From Macrostomum lignano (taxonomy: Eukaryota), in the NCBI GenBank assembly GCA_002269645.1, contig NIVC01001313.1, positions 124,001 to 188,000 of the forward strand: 64,000 bases of DNA, given 5' to 3'. Shown one piece after another: positions 46,343 to 58,794 of this stretch (the stretch's first letter is position 1; each line of letters starts with the position of its first letter). Both the position numbers and the translations under genes were made by a program. The notes below the pieces were generated by a model that was not told the origin of the DNA, searched no databases, and was given only the letters and a program-made list of their open reading frames with translations.

Positions 46343-47139
46343 CCATCTGTCTAAGGCAAACAAACGGAAACTTAGAATACAGAAATCTTTAGAAACCAAT
46401 CAGTTTTCTAAAATAAGACAGAAAAAGTCCAATTATGTCATGGGCCGGAGTTGAAGTCAAGTGTTTTGTCCGCATTGCACGGCTGCTATGGCACAAGCCT
46501 GGGAAAAAATTTGAAAGGAAATGATACTTTTGTTGTTAAACCCCTTCCCTTCAAGACGGGCGCAGGTGCCCACTTGCAGAAGTTAAAGAGAATCTATCAC
46601 GGTGCCCTTTCTCACGAAACCCCCCTTTTGTAAAGCGTTAGTTTTTTGCCTCAAAGTAAGAGAAATGAACCAGTTTTTCAAGGGCTTCCATCGGCAAGTT
46701 ATTCTTTTGTTTGCCCCGGCCAGTCACAGTGGCGGGTGATTTACTGCCGACAAAAGAATGTTAGGGGGGTTCAGTGACGGATTGTGTCTCCCTGCCCGCA
46801 GATTGGGCAAAACTGATAAGAACAACCTGGGCAGGCCCCCTAAGCCTTGAAGAAAAAAGTTGAAAATAAAAGTTTGGAGTAAATATTTCCGCTTTAATAA
46901 CTAAACATAAAGTTTGAGTTTTTAAGTCTGGCAAAGAGAAGGTGCCACCGAGCTTGACATCATGCTATTCAAGCACCCTCATACAGACCGGTGTATTTGA
47001 TGCACAACACCGATTTAATAAATGCATAATTGCATGTTTCGCATTTCAATCTAAAATGGATTTTCTTGGAAATAGGAAATTGGAAATTGAAAAATCCAAA
47101 TTAAAAATTGAAATTGAAAAAGGACAAGACATCGAATCC

Positions 47140-47555
47140 ACACCCCAAATTCACTATCCCGAATCTTAAATCCCGAATCCAAAATCCCGAATTCACAATC
47201 ACAAATCCACAATCCCGAATCCACAATCACAAATCCACAATCCCGAATCCACACCCCAAATCCACAATCTCGAATCTTAAATCCCGAATCCAAAATCCCG
47301 AATTCACAATCACAAATCCACAATCCCGAATCCACAATCACAAATCCACAATCCCGAATCCACAATCACAAATCCACAATCCCGAATCCACAATCACAAC
47401 TCCACAATCCCGAATCCACAATCACAAATCCACAATCCCGAATCCACAATCACAAATCCACAATCCCGAATCCACAATCCCGAATCCACAATCCCGAATC
47501 CACAATCCCAAATCCACAATCCCGAATCCACAATCCCGAATCCACAATCCCGAAT
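47140..47555. repeat. 14/28-bp minisatellite
   Basis: AATCCCGAATCCAC / AATCACAAATCCAC. Confidence 0.92.
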
Positions 47556-47769
47556 CCCTGTGAGTGCCTGCGACGCCAAAATGAGCGCTGACAACACGGA
47601 TTCTCAGAATAATGTACATGTAGGAATCAAGAACCTACGAGTACATGACATATACAGAGGTAACTTCTAGTGGTCCTTGGTAGGAATTTAGTCACATATG
47701 TAAATGTAAACTTATTTGGTTTGTCCCCCCTCCAACCATAGAATCCATGGCGACGCCCCTTGGTGTGGA

Positions 47770-48082
47770 GCTGATTGAGGTGTGGGGCTGATTGGGGTGT
47801 GGGGCTGATTGGGGTGTGGGGCTGATTGGGGTGTGGGGCTGATTGGGGTGTGGGGCTGATTGGGGTGTGGGGCTGATTGGAGTGTGGGGCTGATTGGAGT
47901 GTGGGGCTGATTGGAGTGTGGGGCTGATTGGAGTGTGGGGCTGATTGGAGTGTGGGGCTGATTGGAGTGTGGGGCTGATTGGAGTGTGGGGCTGATTGGA
48001 GTGTGGGGCTGATTGGAGTGTGGGGCTGATTGGAGTGTGGGGCTGATTGGAGTGTGGGGCTGATTGGGGTGTGGGGCTAATT
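47770..48082. repeat. 17-bp G-rich minisatellite
   Basis: GGGGCTGATTGGAGTGT. Confidence 0.97.
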
Positions 48083-48609
48083 GGAGTTTGGATCAGATCT
48101 TAAATGCCAGTACTTAATAAACCATGTATTCTATTCGTCTGTTTTTTTCAATATTAAACAAATTAGTAAACACATTTTTATAATAGTTTTGCTTGTTTAA
48201 CGAAAATGAGGAAAAATTGCTGTAGAAATTACAATTTAAAACGATTTTATTTAATTATCCGATGATACATAAACATGATGGATAGATAGAGAACAATAGG
48301 ATAGGATGCAAAATAATTGATTGAATGTTGAATAATTGTCCCGCACCGTCGAAAAGAGGCATCTTTGAATATTTTAGAGATTAGGAAAGCTAAATAATCG
48401 CAAGAATAACCGGGACCGCGAAGCAAGCAGTAAATATGACGCATCGTTCCCACAGAAAGCACAAACGATTAAAATGCCATCTTAATTACAAAATTGGTAA
48501 GATGCTACTTAAAGATCGCGTTTCAGTAGTATGCAGAGAATTTAGAGCGGAAAATCTTTAAAAACTCCACAAGGAACACAAACAGGAAAAATAAGAAAAT
48601 TAGGGCGCA

Positions 48610-49395
48610 TCAGCCTGAACCAGCGGCTTCAGCAGGATATGCTAGCACTAATTTTACATGATTCATAAAGACAGTTTTGTATTCGGGCACCGCTCTCACA
48701 GTGTCCCTCAGTTTTTCCGTGTTGTTGTCAATGATGACGATGCAGCCGCCGGGTCGCAGCATCCACGGCAGCAGTTTGGCGATTTCATTGAGCGTCTCCT
48801 TTGCGTTGGCGTAGCTCATGGTGATGAGGTCGAACTGAGCTTTCTCAACGCTCTTGCCAGTATTGTGTAGGTGAACTAGTAGCAGACAACACTTCAGCAC
48901 GAATTCCTGCAGGTCTTCCACTCTGAAGTCCGAGTCAATTCTTGGACAGATGGGATCACTCTTACACAGCAACCGAAGCTCGCTGTAGTAGCTGGCCCGT
49001 TTCCAAGGTAGCAAGTCAACTCCGGTGCAGGCGATGCTAGCGACCGAAGCCAAGGCTTCTCGATGCTGCAACAAGCTCTTGACACCTGCCAGGAGGTCGC
49101 TGCCAGGACCGCAGCCGAGCGAAAGCAGTCGCAACCGGCTGCCCTCCTGGCGGTGCTTTAACAGGTACTTCACAGGTTCGCTGAGCCATTTCCTGGTGTC
49201 CTTTGTACGCTTTGGCATCTCGTGCTGGTCGTAAAGCTGCTGGAACAGAGGACTCTCGTAGTGCCCCTGGTTGTCCTTGTCTGCTGACTGTCGCCAAGCT
49301 TTTAAAGTCTGCAACTCCGGGACTTTGCAGTCGGAGTGCCGGCTTTTAGAAGAAGCTTTTGATTTTATAGTATGTTTTGTATTTTTGGAATTCAT
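48610..49395 (-). CDS. Intronless class I SAM-dependent methyltransferase-like protein, 261 aa
   Basis: Motif I LLSLGCGPGSDL, post-I CTGVDL, FDLITMSY and LRPGGCIVIID; ATG start; non-repetitive, GC-richer than its flanks. Confidence 0.8.
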   Translation of the reverse strand: MNSKNTKHTIKSKASSKSRHSDCKVPELQTLKAWRQSADKDNQGHYESPLFQQLYDQHEMPKRTKDTRKWLSEPVKYLLKHRQEGSRLRLLSLGCGPGSDLLAGVKSLLQHREALASVASIACTGVDLLPWKRASYYSELRLLCKSDPICPRIDSDFRVEDLQEFVLKCCLLLVHLHNTGKSVEKAQFDLITMSYANAKETLNEIAKLLPWMLRPGGCIVIIDNNTEKLRDTVRAVPEYKTVFMNHVKLVLAYPAEAAGSG

Positions 49396-50066
49396 GACTT
49401 GCTTGAAGTGAGATTCTCAGATTTTGCCTTTATTTTATACATGTAACGAGGCACTTTCGTGGAAATTCCAAGTTAATTCATTCCTCATAAAATTTAGACT
49501 ACAGCTCATAGTGATAATATCTTATTGGCTCTTGCAGCAGCAATAATTCAATTGCTTGTATTGTATACTTATTAGCTTGTGTTTGGATACACTCTCTGCC
49601 CAAGCCGCGCACATAGCTGACATTCGTGTCACAGAATTGAAGCGAGTGAAAAAAGCTCTGTGTGGGTTTCTTGGAATTTCCAAGGCCTCCGCTCTGAAGT
49701 GACTGCTGTTGCTATTTTTAGACTGGGAGTAGCAGACAGCAGACAAGTACACGTACCGCGCATTTACATGTACGCTGATCTCAAAAAAAGAAAAAAACAA
49801 CAAGTTATTAAACTATTGTCCTACATCGTTCTTGTTTCAAGTATATTTTGTTGCTAACTGCGATAGATACTAGTAATATTGTTCATAAGAGCGTCTAAAA
49901 TCACTTTAAAGAATTCAGTGAATCAAAAAGCACCCTGAAACGTATAACTTGGACCACTAACAACTTGCAGGGCTTGCGAGAAGCCAATGAGGAGTCAAAC
50001 CGTTATGACACCATTCTGTTGACCTCTGAGTACGTAAGCGTACCGGATGTACAGCTAGCGGCCCCG

Positions 50067-50370
50067 CATAGGCGTAGGAACGGGGGGACAGTAGGGAAAG
50101 TGGGGGGGCAGTAATGGTAGCCATGGCCCCTCCACATTTTAAATGCAAAATGTAGACTTTTTGCTTATTTTTTACTCTTACTTTTGGTTTTTGCTGCTTT
50201 GCATGAATGCATTTTGCTGCAGGGCGAGAAAACATAGCGCCTGCAGCCCTAAAATGAGTGCCTGGGGCGCTAAAATGAGTGCTGACAACACCGATTCTGA
50301 AAATAATGTACATGGTAGAATTCTTGGCTTTGTCCCCCCCCCCACAATAAAATCCCTGGCGACGCCGCTG
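50067..50370. mobile_element. hAT-type MITE
   Basis: Perfect 8-bp TSD CGGCCCCG and imperfect TIRs. A related partial copy lies at ~47556-47760 (shared AAAATGAG.GCTGACAACAC.GATTCT and TGGCGACGCC). Confidence 0.7.
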
Positions 50371-50479
50371 CGGCCCCGACTTACTCGTGGTCAAACATGT
50401 CAGACACAGACACTCTGCTTTGTGGAGTTCATGGCACTTCATAAGGCTAGGCGTGATTTTCAATGCACGGAAGGCCGTC

Positions 50480-51065
50480 GGACCGAGTCGGACAAATGAC
50501 ACTATCCAGATCAAGGAATGACACAAACTGGACAAATGACCTAGCTCCTAGTCGGACAAATGACACTGTTCCGATAGAGTACTGACACGAACCGGAAAAA
50601 TGACCCAGTCGGACAAACGACACTATCCAAATCAAGGAATGACACAACTGGACAAATGACCTAATCGGACAAATGACACACTATCCAGATCAAGGAATGA
50701 CACAACTGGAAAAATGACCTAGTCGGACAAATGACACACTATCCAGATCAAGGAATGACACAACTGGAAAAATGACCTAGTCGGACAAATGACACTATCC
50801 AGATCAAGGAATGACACAAACTGGACAAATGACCTAGCTCCTAGTCGGACAAATGACACTGTTCCGATAGAGTACTGAAACGAACCGGAAAAATGACCCA
50901 GTCGGACAAACGACACTATCCAAATCAAGGAATGACACAACTGGACAAATGACCTAATCGGACAAATGACACACTATCCAGATCAATGAATGACATATAC
51001 GAACCGAACAAATGAACTAATCGGACAAATTACACTATCCAGACCAAGGAATGACACGAACTGGA
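50480..51065. repeat. GGACAAATGAC modular repeats with a ~272-bp higher-order duplication
   Basis: Near-identical ORFs at 50447 and 50719. Confidence 0.85.
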
Positions 51066-51084
51066 CTAAGGATCAAGGACTACT

Positions 51085-51660
51085 TAACAACTTTAAAAGC
51101 ATGGCCGCAATCAGCCGAAAAAAGCTAAAAATCGCATTACCGGAGCGCAGAAGTTTGCATGCACCACATGTAAGTGGCTCTGCAAGCCAGTGTGAGTCGG
51201 TTAATTGAGACAGCCCAGCGACCAACTGAGACGCAAGTGCAACTGCTCTTGCTTGGCTGCGGTCCGAGCAGCGACATTCTAGCTGGCATCAAGAGCCTAT
51301 TACTCGTAAATTAAAGCAGGACATGTTGTCCAACACTAGAATCGTAGCACCCAGGGCGCCACCATAGGTTTTTTTGGGGGGGGGGCAAAGCCAAGAATTC
51401 GACAAAGTACGAGTATTCCCACATTACATTTTGGGCGTTGTTGGGACTAATTTAGTCAGACACTTATTTTGGCGCCCTGAAGCAAAGTTATTGATTTCCA
51501 TAACTGGTCACAAGATGGGGAGGAGGATGTAACGACTCCCCTGGTGGCACCGAGTTGATTTGGAGGCCTGGGTCGAACGGAAATAATTTTACAGGAAGCT
51601 CACGCTACTGCAAGGATCTAAGAGTAGTTACTCGCCACTAGACCGACCGAGGACTAAATG
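51085..51660 (+). pseudogene. Degenerate inverted paralog of the methyltransferase
   Basis: TLKAWPQSAEK, KWLCKPV, LLLLGCGPSSDILAGIKSLL and VDLEAW..FYRKLTLL match the intact ORF in order; stops, frameshifts and a MITE insertion at 51352-51543. Confidence 0.8.
51352..51543. mobile_element. hAT-type MITE inserted in the methyltransferase pseudogene
   Basis: CAGGG..CCCTG ends; TSD GTAGCACC / GTGGCACC (7/8 identical). Confidence 0.65.
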
Positions 51661-53638
51661 GCAGGTTCGGCAGGCCTCAGCCAACTCTGACCGACCCCGC
51701 ACCCAACCTATGCGGCTTTTCAGGGAGAGCGCGCGAAATGGCGTTTACAGCTCCCGACTGCATCTACATGTACGGCCAAGTCAAAGTTAAGATGGGTTGA
51801 TGGGATGGGATTAGCTAATCTTAGGATTACGTAGCTTTCTACCTTTCAAATTTTCCCTGCTCCCTGTCTCCCGCTCTCTTCTCTTAGATAAATACGACCT
51901 ACATGTAGTTGCTCGCTGTAACAGGTAGGATTTTGCGTCCTGCCCGCACCTTCTGCTCCACGTCGGATAGCAAAGAATTGAATTGAAAGCCCGGCCATTT
52001 CTGGGCCCAGACAGAATGTGTCTGCTGAGTACCAGTGGCATTACAAATCATTCTCCTACATCAAACTGCTGGACGTATATACAGAGCACGTGTGTAGGAC
52101 AACAAATTGACATGTATAGTACATGTCGAGATACTTTAAACATCCATGCACATACATGTAGCATGTGACTTGTACATGTATGCGTGTAGATATTCCTGCA
52201 TCCCATTAACCATGGATCGCAAGATTTTAGCGCCACCGTTTTTTGTTGTGTCACTTTAGATCCATTCACAAGCGCCATATATTTTGCAGCGCCGTTACTT
52301 TTGTTTGTCCTTGCTTCGGCGTCCCTACATGTATATACTGTACATACACTGCACATGTACATGTAGGAATATTGCATCACAAGTGGATATAAATTAAAAA
52401 GATGAACCAATTTTGAATTTTTTCCTGCATGAATTCGGATCCATTTTAAATTTCATACATATAAACGTATAACTTGCAGCCAGAAGACATACATGTAAAT
52501 ACCTTATATAATATAGTATATATAATTGTATATCTAATTACATGCAATGTATACACACCCATTATAATTGCACTCTACCATGGAGTCTAAGCATGGGCAA
52601 CTAGAGTAGTTATCCATGAGTCTAAGTTACTGTTTTTAATTGTCTGAGCTAACTCAAGGACCCACTGTATATAGCTGCCACTGTATATAGTCATTAGGCT
52701 GACGTTGTAATTTTTGTATAGATAAGCATAGATCTATATTTGGGGAACGCAACAATAAATAAACAGTTAACTGTGGCTCACTTGTGCGTCAGCCAAACCG
52801 GAAAATAATAGACATGGCAAAAAGCTAAAATTTTTTATGATTTTAAATTTTTTTAAAATTTAGCGCTTTTGATTTTGCATTTGTTACTCAAAACTTAGAG
52901 ATAAATTTTGTTACTTTGTTTTATCTTGGCAATTCTATAGATTGGGCAGGAGAAAATTTAATTGCGCATCAACTGACATTCACTTACTGCGAAAGTCGAT
53001 CGGATACACGATATCATTTATTTTTTATTTGTCTAACTGTTCTACAATTGGCACTGAGAACTTGGGTTAGATTCCAGATAATATTGTCTTGAGGCTTTTG
53101 ATCTTCGAGTCGATTCCGAAACCTAGCTATACTCTTTCGTAGAATGTTGATGTTTTTTAAACGTTTTTATTGACAACTAGATACTTAACATAATTGTGCA
53201 AAATGTCTCAAACTTCAAGTCAACAGCTTCCACCAAAAGAGCAATCCATATTTAAACGCATTGTAGTGAGTATTTCTGTTTTTTTATATTTGTGTTTAAC
53301 TCTGGTTATTGCATTGACAGTTGGCATATAAATAGGCCCTAGGCTTGACAATCTGCCTAATTTATTGAACTCTTATGTTTTAGTTAGAATCCAATTGTAG
53401 GGACTTCAGTGAGATTGAAAAAATGTGCGACTTTTTTAGAATATGCTAAAATGTTGCCACTTCAAGTTTAAAATACTCTGAAACTATTAAGGAATTAAAG
53501 AAAAGTGAAATATACTCTGTAGGGCCTAATCTCAAAGAAAATTGCAATAATATCTGGTATAAGTACCTATAAGTTGACCCAAGAAAGTTCATTAATTGGG
53601 TATAGTTTACCATGAAAGTGAGTCACTTTTTGGGTGAT

Positions 53639-53768
53639 GGTCATTTTATCAACTGGCATTTTGTCAACTTGGTTGACAAGTGACCAAAGTGTTAGGGTGG
53701 CAATTTTATTAGTGGTTGATGAAGTGACCAATGCTAGGTCTTTCCCATTTGCTTGTTGACAAAGTGAC
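53639..53768. mobile_element. Small MITE built from GTTGACAAAGTGACC units; a second family member lies at ~59843-60063
   Basis: Shared GTCATTTTATCAA.TGGCATTTTGTCAA end. Confidence 0.45.
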
Positions 53769-53915
53769 CAAAATTTTTATTATATGAATAATACACATGT
53801 AGCTTATACAGCTGCATAATCTTGTATAGCTTACAATTGTTATATTGATGACTTGATTTCATTAATTGCCTTATTTTTTTAAAGGATCAAATTTTGCAAT
53901 TTTGCAATACTAGAC

Positions 53916-55133
53916 TAGTGATGGATCCAAATATTCGGATTCGGAATCCGAATCCGAAAAAAAGTCTTACTTTTATAGGAATCCGAATGTTTCGGATTCG
54001 AAAATTTTTTTTTCCGAATATTTCCGAATGTGCTTCTAAAATTCAAATCTAAAATAAATATCACAAATCAAGAAACCAAAGCATGCAACCCGTTAAATAA
54101 AGAAACTAAAAACTAAAAAGAAAGAAAATTAAAAGGCAAAGAGCAAAATCTATCACGTTATTCTTTTTTTCTACGATTGTCTATTTTTGCAGCAATATAT
54201 GTTTAAAAAAAGTTAAATAAGTAAATTTACTAAACCTAGGGACCCGTAAGACGATAAACCTAAAGTTACGGAAATATTTTGGTAATTATTGTTTAAGTGT
54301 AATAACAGGTTTTTTCAAAATGCATAATTGCAACTGCACGGGTCACATGGACTGTACGTACGTACAGTAAAATTATCATAATTGCACTGTATATATGTCA
54401 CTCATTAGCTATAGTCAGTAGTACTAGAATTAGATGTTCATGTAACACAGTAGAAGTAGAACTGAATTTCCTATCTAAGTCCGTCTCTTTAAATTTGGTT
54501 TCGCGATAGATATCAGTAGAGGTCGGACAAGTAGAAGATTTTGGTCATGCGTGAATTTTTCAAAGGCAGGCGTGATCGTGATTGTGAATTTATATTAGCA
54601 TACATGTATATTGAGCTTGTAAGTTACAAGTGTTGAAAATAACAAACAAGAAAAGAAATCATACTCGTATATTGATAATAGCTACTCGGCCGTAATGCTA
54701 TCAAGTCAACAAATTTAAAATTTGTTAATTCTTTATACATTGTGTTCAACGTTTTTTGGTAAATCAAGTAGAAAAGTTATATTTCTAATAAAAACGTAAG
54801 CAGAAATTCACAACTGATGGAACAGGTTTCAACAAAATCACTATTGTGAAAAAATGGTCTTGAATTCACGATTGTGATCACATCCGACCCCTAAGATAAA
54901 AGTACGAGTACGAATATAATCCCAGGAGAGATGGAATCTTGTCAGTCAATTTATGTGCGCACTAATTAGATGACGAGACATTTTCGTAAATTAAAAGAGT
55001 CATAGTTACTCCCGCCGTTTACCTTACACTTTTTGCTTACATTCGGAAACATTTGGATTCGGATTCGGATTTTTTTTGTACATTCGGATTCGGTTTCGGA
55101 AACTTGCAAAAATCCACATTTGGTCCATCACTA
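53916..55133. mobile_element. Non-autonomous hAT element
   Basis: TIR TAGTGATGGA; subterminal ATTCGG repeats; perfect TSD TACTAGAC. Confidence 0.88.
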
Positions 55134-55996
55134 TACTAGACTATATGTCCATAGGTTAAATGTTTGTTTCAATGCAAATATTCTATGCAAATGCATCACC
55201 TATATGCACTAGGTTATGTTCAGGCATTGTCCAGGCATTATTGAATCTTGAGTATTTGTATGTTATGTCTATGTGACCATACATGCGACTATGTAACATG
55301 GGTATTTCTTTTATCAAAATGCATTAAGGACTGCTATAAAGTCCCCCATAGAGTTGTAAAAATTGGTAGGCTGCATGCATTAATTTCCACCCCTTTACCT
55401 CATTGTGCATGGTCAATCAAAGCCCCACAGTGAATCTTGATATCTGGTAATGCTCTTGATCAGAGTATATAATTATGTACAATTCATGCACACTCATTGA
55501 TTGATCATGCCATATATGTATAAGGCATTTCATGCCTTGCTATGCTTAACACTAAAATGTACAATGCATTATAAAAAAGCATAGGCAGACATGCAAACTG
55601 AGCAATACCATAGCAATACTATACTATATGCAGTACTACCACAGTGTGCTTGAGTCTTGATTTGTGTATTCCTGCTTAAGTAGCTATACAATACTTGGCC
55701 ATGTGTCTAAGCCTAGTGCTTTTACATGTAAAGTCAGCAAAATTTTTACCTCAAAGGCCAAATTGAGAACCTAGCACAATGATTGCCCTTCTAGGTCTGC
55801 TTCGCAGGGCCTAAGCAAAATGTGCCTAGGAGTCCCTGATGATTGCAAGCCAAAAGAGGGAGAGGATAAGGAATAGAAAAAAGAAATATGAGCTGGCATA
55901 CTCATAGAAAAAAGGAGCTAGGTTTATTTTTTGGGCCATATGGGTTTTTTTGGCCCTTGAAAATCTCATTAGCAACTGGATTTTTGGCATCAAAGG

Positions 55997-57246
55997 TAGT
56001 GATGGATCAAAATTTGATTTCGATATCGATATTCCGAATTTCAAAACTAATTTTGCATCAAAATAATTTTGATTTCAATTTCAAATTTTGACACCATTCA
56101 TCAAAAATCATTTCAAAATTTTGGTTATATTTTAACAATTTAGACATTGATGATCATGCTACACAATAAAGAAAATCTATAGGAAGTGAAAGGAAATGCG
56201 GTTCAAAGACTCAGTGGGGAGGTGAGAATCACCTTTTCTACAAGAAAGATTGTGCGGGGCACACACTGTTCCAGGCCTTGTGCTGCACCCACCTCAACCT
56301 CTACAAGCCCACTGGCTGATCTCATCAGCGTGGATTTTAATTGGCTAGACTTAAAGCCTTAATAAAATGGATATAGGCTATTCGTATCTAGATCTTCAGC
56401 TTAAACAGCGGTGAAGTATAATACAACTTCTACTATATTTCTATGTACGAGTGTATAATACATAATACACTAGCATTTTCTATTTTGTATTTTTAAAGTA
56501 AGTTAAATCCTAAGTATTCTGGTTTAAACATATCAAAGATACTTTTTATAAAACATATAAGCTCATACATGCAGAGGCAAGGTGTTAACCTTTTTGCATG
56601 ATTAGCCCTATTGGAATAAATGTTAAAAACCTGCGGACGCGCGCTTTAAAAAAGAGTCAAACTATTTTACCCCGCTTTAGGATTATTAGAGATGTTCCAA
56701 AAGATCTGCAGTTTCGTTGAAATCAAAATTCGCTAACTTTCCAAAATCAAAATTGAAATTTCCCAAAATCATAATTCAGAAAAACAAAGTTTAGTATGAT
56801 CAACACTCACTTTTTTACTTTCAATTTACTGCTTAAGCAAAAAGTAATATATGTATATGTAGTAGAAAGTAGTTTGTTTTTTAGCGACTTTTTAGACACT
56901 ACCAAAATTTTCACTTCTAAATTTTTTTTGAAATTGAAATTTTTTCAACAGAGGTATTATACCCATTTCAATGTATATGTATTTGCTAGAGCAGCAGCCA
57001 GTAAGAAAGGGCAGCGCGCACGCAGGCAATGTGCCTGTGCGCGCGCTGCACTTTAGAAAAATTTCAAAAGTGCGCCGGACACCGTCTGCAGTTTTACAAC
57101 TTTTTCCTATAGGGATGATTAGCAAAAAAGTAAAAATTTGTTAAGCTCAAAAATTTCGATTTTAATTTCAATTTCAATTTTGATTTCGATTCTAAGGAAC
57201 CGAAAATTTTGATTTCAATTTGAAAAATAATTTCAATCCATCACTA
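55997..57246. mobile_element. Non-autonomous hAT element
   Basis: TIR TAGTGATGGAT; subterminal GATTTC repeats; perfect TSD ATCAAAGG. Confidence 0.88.
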
Positions 57247-57341
57247 ATCAAAGGCCCATCTGGCAACTTCATTTCCTTGTGCCAGTTGCCACTTTCAGAA
57301 AATGATTTTGCAAGTGTAATAAAAGTGCCATAGGAATCTAA

Positions 57342-58794
57342 GGGGTCTACGACGTTTGCCTGCAGGATGTTTGCCAGCTGACATTTGCCTGCGGGACGTT
57401 TGCCAGCCAACATTTGCCAGCCAACGTTTGCCAGCCGACGTTTGCCAGCAGGACGTTTGCCAGCCGAAGTTTGCCTGCCAGATGTTTGCCAGCGGGACAT
57501 TTGCCAGTTGGACGTTTGCCTGCCGGACATTTGCCAGCTGACGTTTGCCTGCCAGAAGTTTGCCAGCCAAAATTTGCTAGCCAATATAAAGCCAGTCAGT
57601 GAAAAATTTGATACTGAAACATTTGCAGTTTAGCGGTTTGACAAAAACTATTTTTACTCCATTTTTTTGACAGTTATTTGCATGTATACAAGTTTGAATG
57701 TGAAAATATTAGATAGATAGATAGGATTTCACTTTGAATGTGAAAATATTGTTTACTTTTGACAATTGTGTATCCTTTTTCCCAGTTTGAGATGTTTGAT
57801 TTTTGATGTGCAAAAGAAGACGCGCAGATTACAACGGGAATCTCCAGCAATTAGGTTATGAGGCAAACAAAAAGAGCTGCTGAGCGGTAATTTTGGCTCA
57901 TATATTTCTCAGTTTATTGGGAGATCCAAAAGTAAGCAAATTGATTCCAATTCTGTTGTATTACTACTCAAGTAAGCCAGGAAAATGCAATCTCAATGTA
58001 CATGTGTAGACAAGTCGAATGCGGTACGTTTTTATAGTAAGCTATATAGCTGAATAGCCAGACAAGCCACCAGTAGCAAGCTAGTAGGATAGCAAGCACT
58101 AGACACTATGTATGCAAAGCTTAGTCACGCCAAGGACTACTAAAGTAGAAGTACGCAGCACTCAAAATCTATGAAAAATGTTTTGAAGGCCATAAGGAGA
58201 TAGGAAGTTTTCATCTTTTCAGCACAACAATTGTTATTGCTTTCATACAAGGCAAACCCAATGTTCATCTTTTGATATGTTGTGCCAAAATCATTGTTAA
58301 ACTAGATATTAGACATTAGACTGATAAACTGCATTATTTATATATTTTGCTTTCAAACTTGTATACATGCAAATAACCGTCAAAAAGTTGGAATACTTGT
58401 ATACATGAATACTTGTATACATGCAAATAACCGTCCCGTCAAAAAGTTGGAATAAAAACGGTTTTTGTCAAACTGCTAAACTGCGAATATTTGAGTATCA
58501 AATTTTTCACTGACTTGCTTTAATTTGGCTAGCAAATTTTGGCTGGCAAACTTCCGGCAGGCAAACATTGGCTGGCAAACGTCCGGCAGGCAAACTTTAG
58601 CTAGAAAACGTCCTGCTGGCAAACGTTGGCTGGCAAATGTCGGCTGGCAAATGTTGGCTGGCAAACGTCCCACAGGCAAACGTCTGGCAGGCAAACTTCG
58701 GCTGGCAAATGTTCCACTGGCAAATGTCGGCTGGCAAAGGTCCCATAAGCAAACGTTGGCTGGCAAACGTCTGGCAGGCAAACGTTGCTATCCC
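57342..58794. mobile_element. Foldback-type element with ~370-bp inverted arms
   Basis: 57345-57715 is the reverse complement of ~58340-58794, including a TTTGCCAGCCGACG repeat block and unique sequence. Confidence 0.75.

Noticed and set aside
50480-51065. Repeat-spacer appearance suggesting CRISPR
   Set aside because: The spacers are themselves repeated, the context is eukaryotic, and there are no cas genes.
55826-55870. CTGATGA as a hammerhead ribozyme core
   Set aside because: No GAAA or paired stems in the required arrangement.
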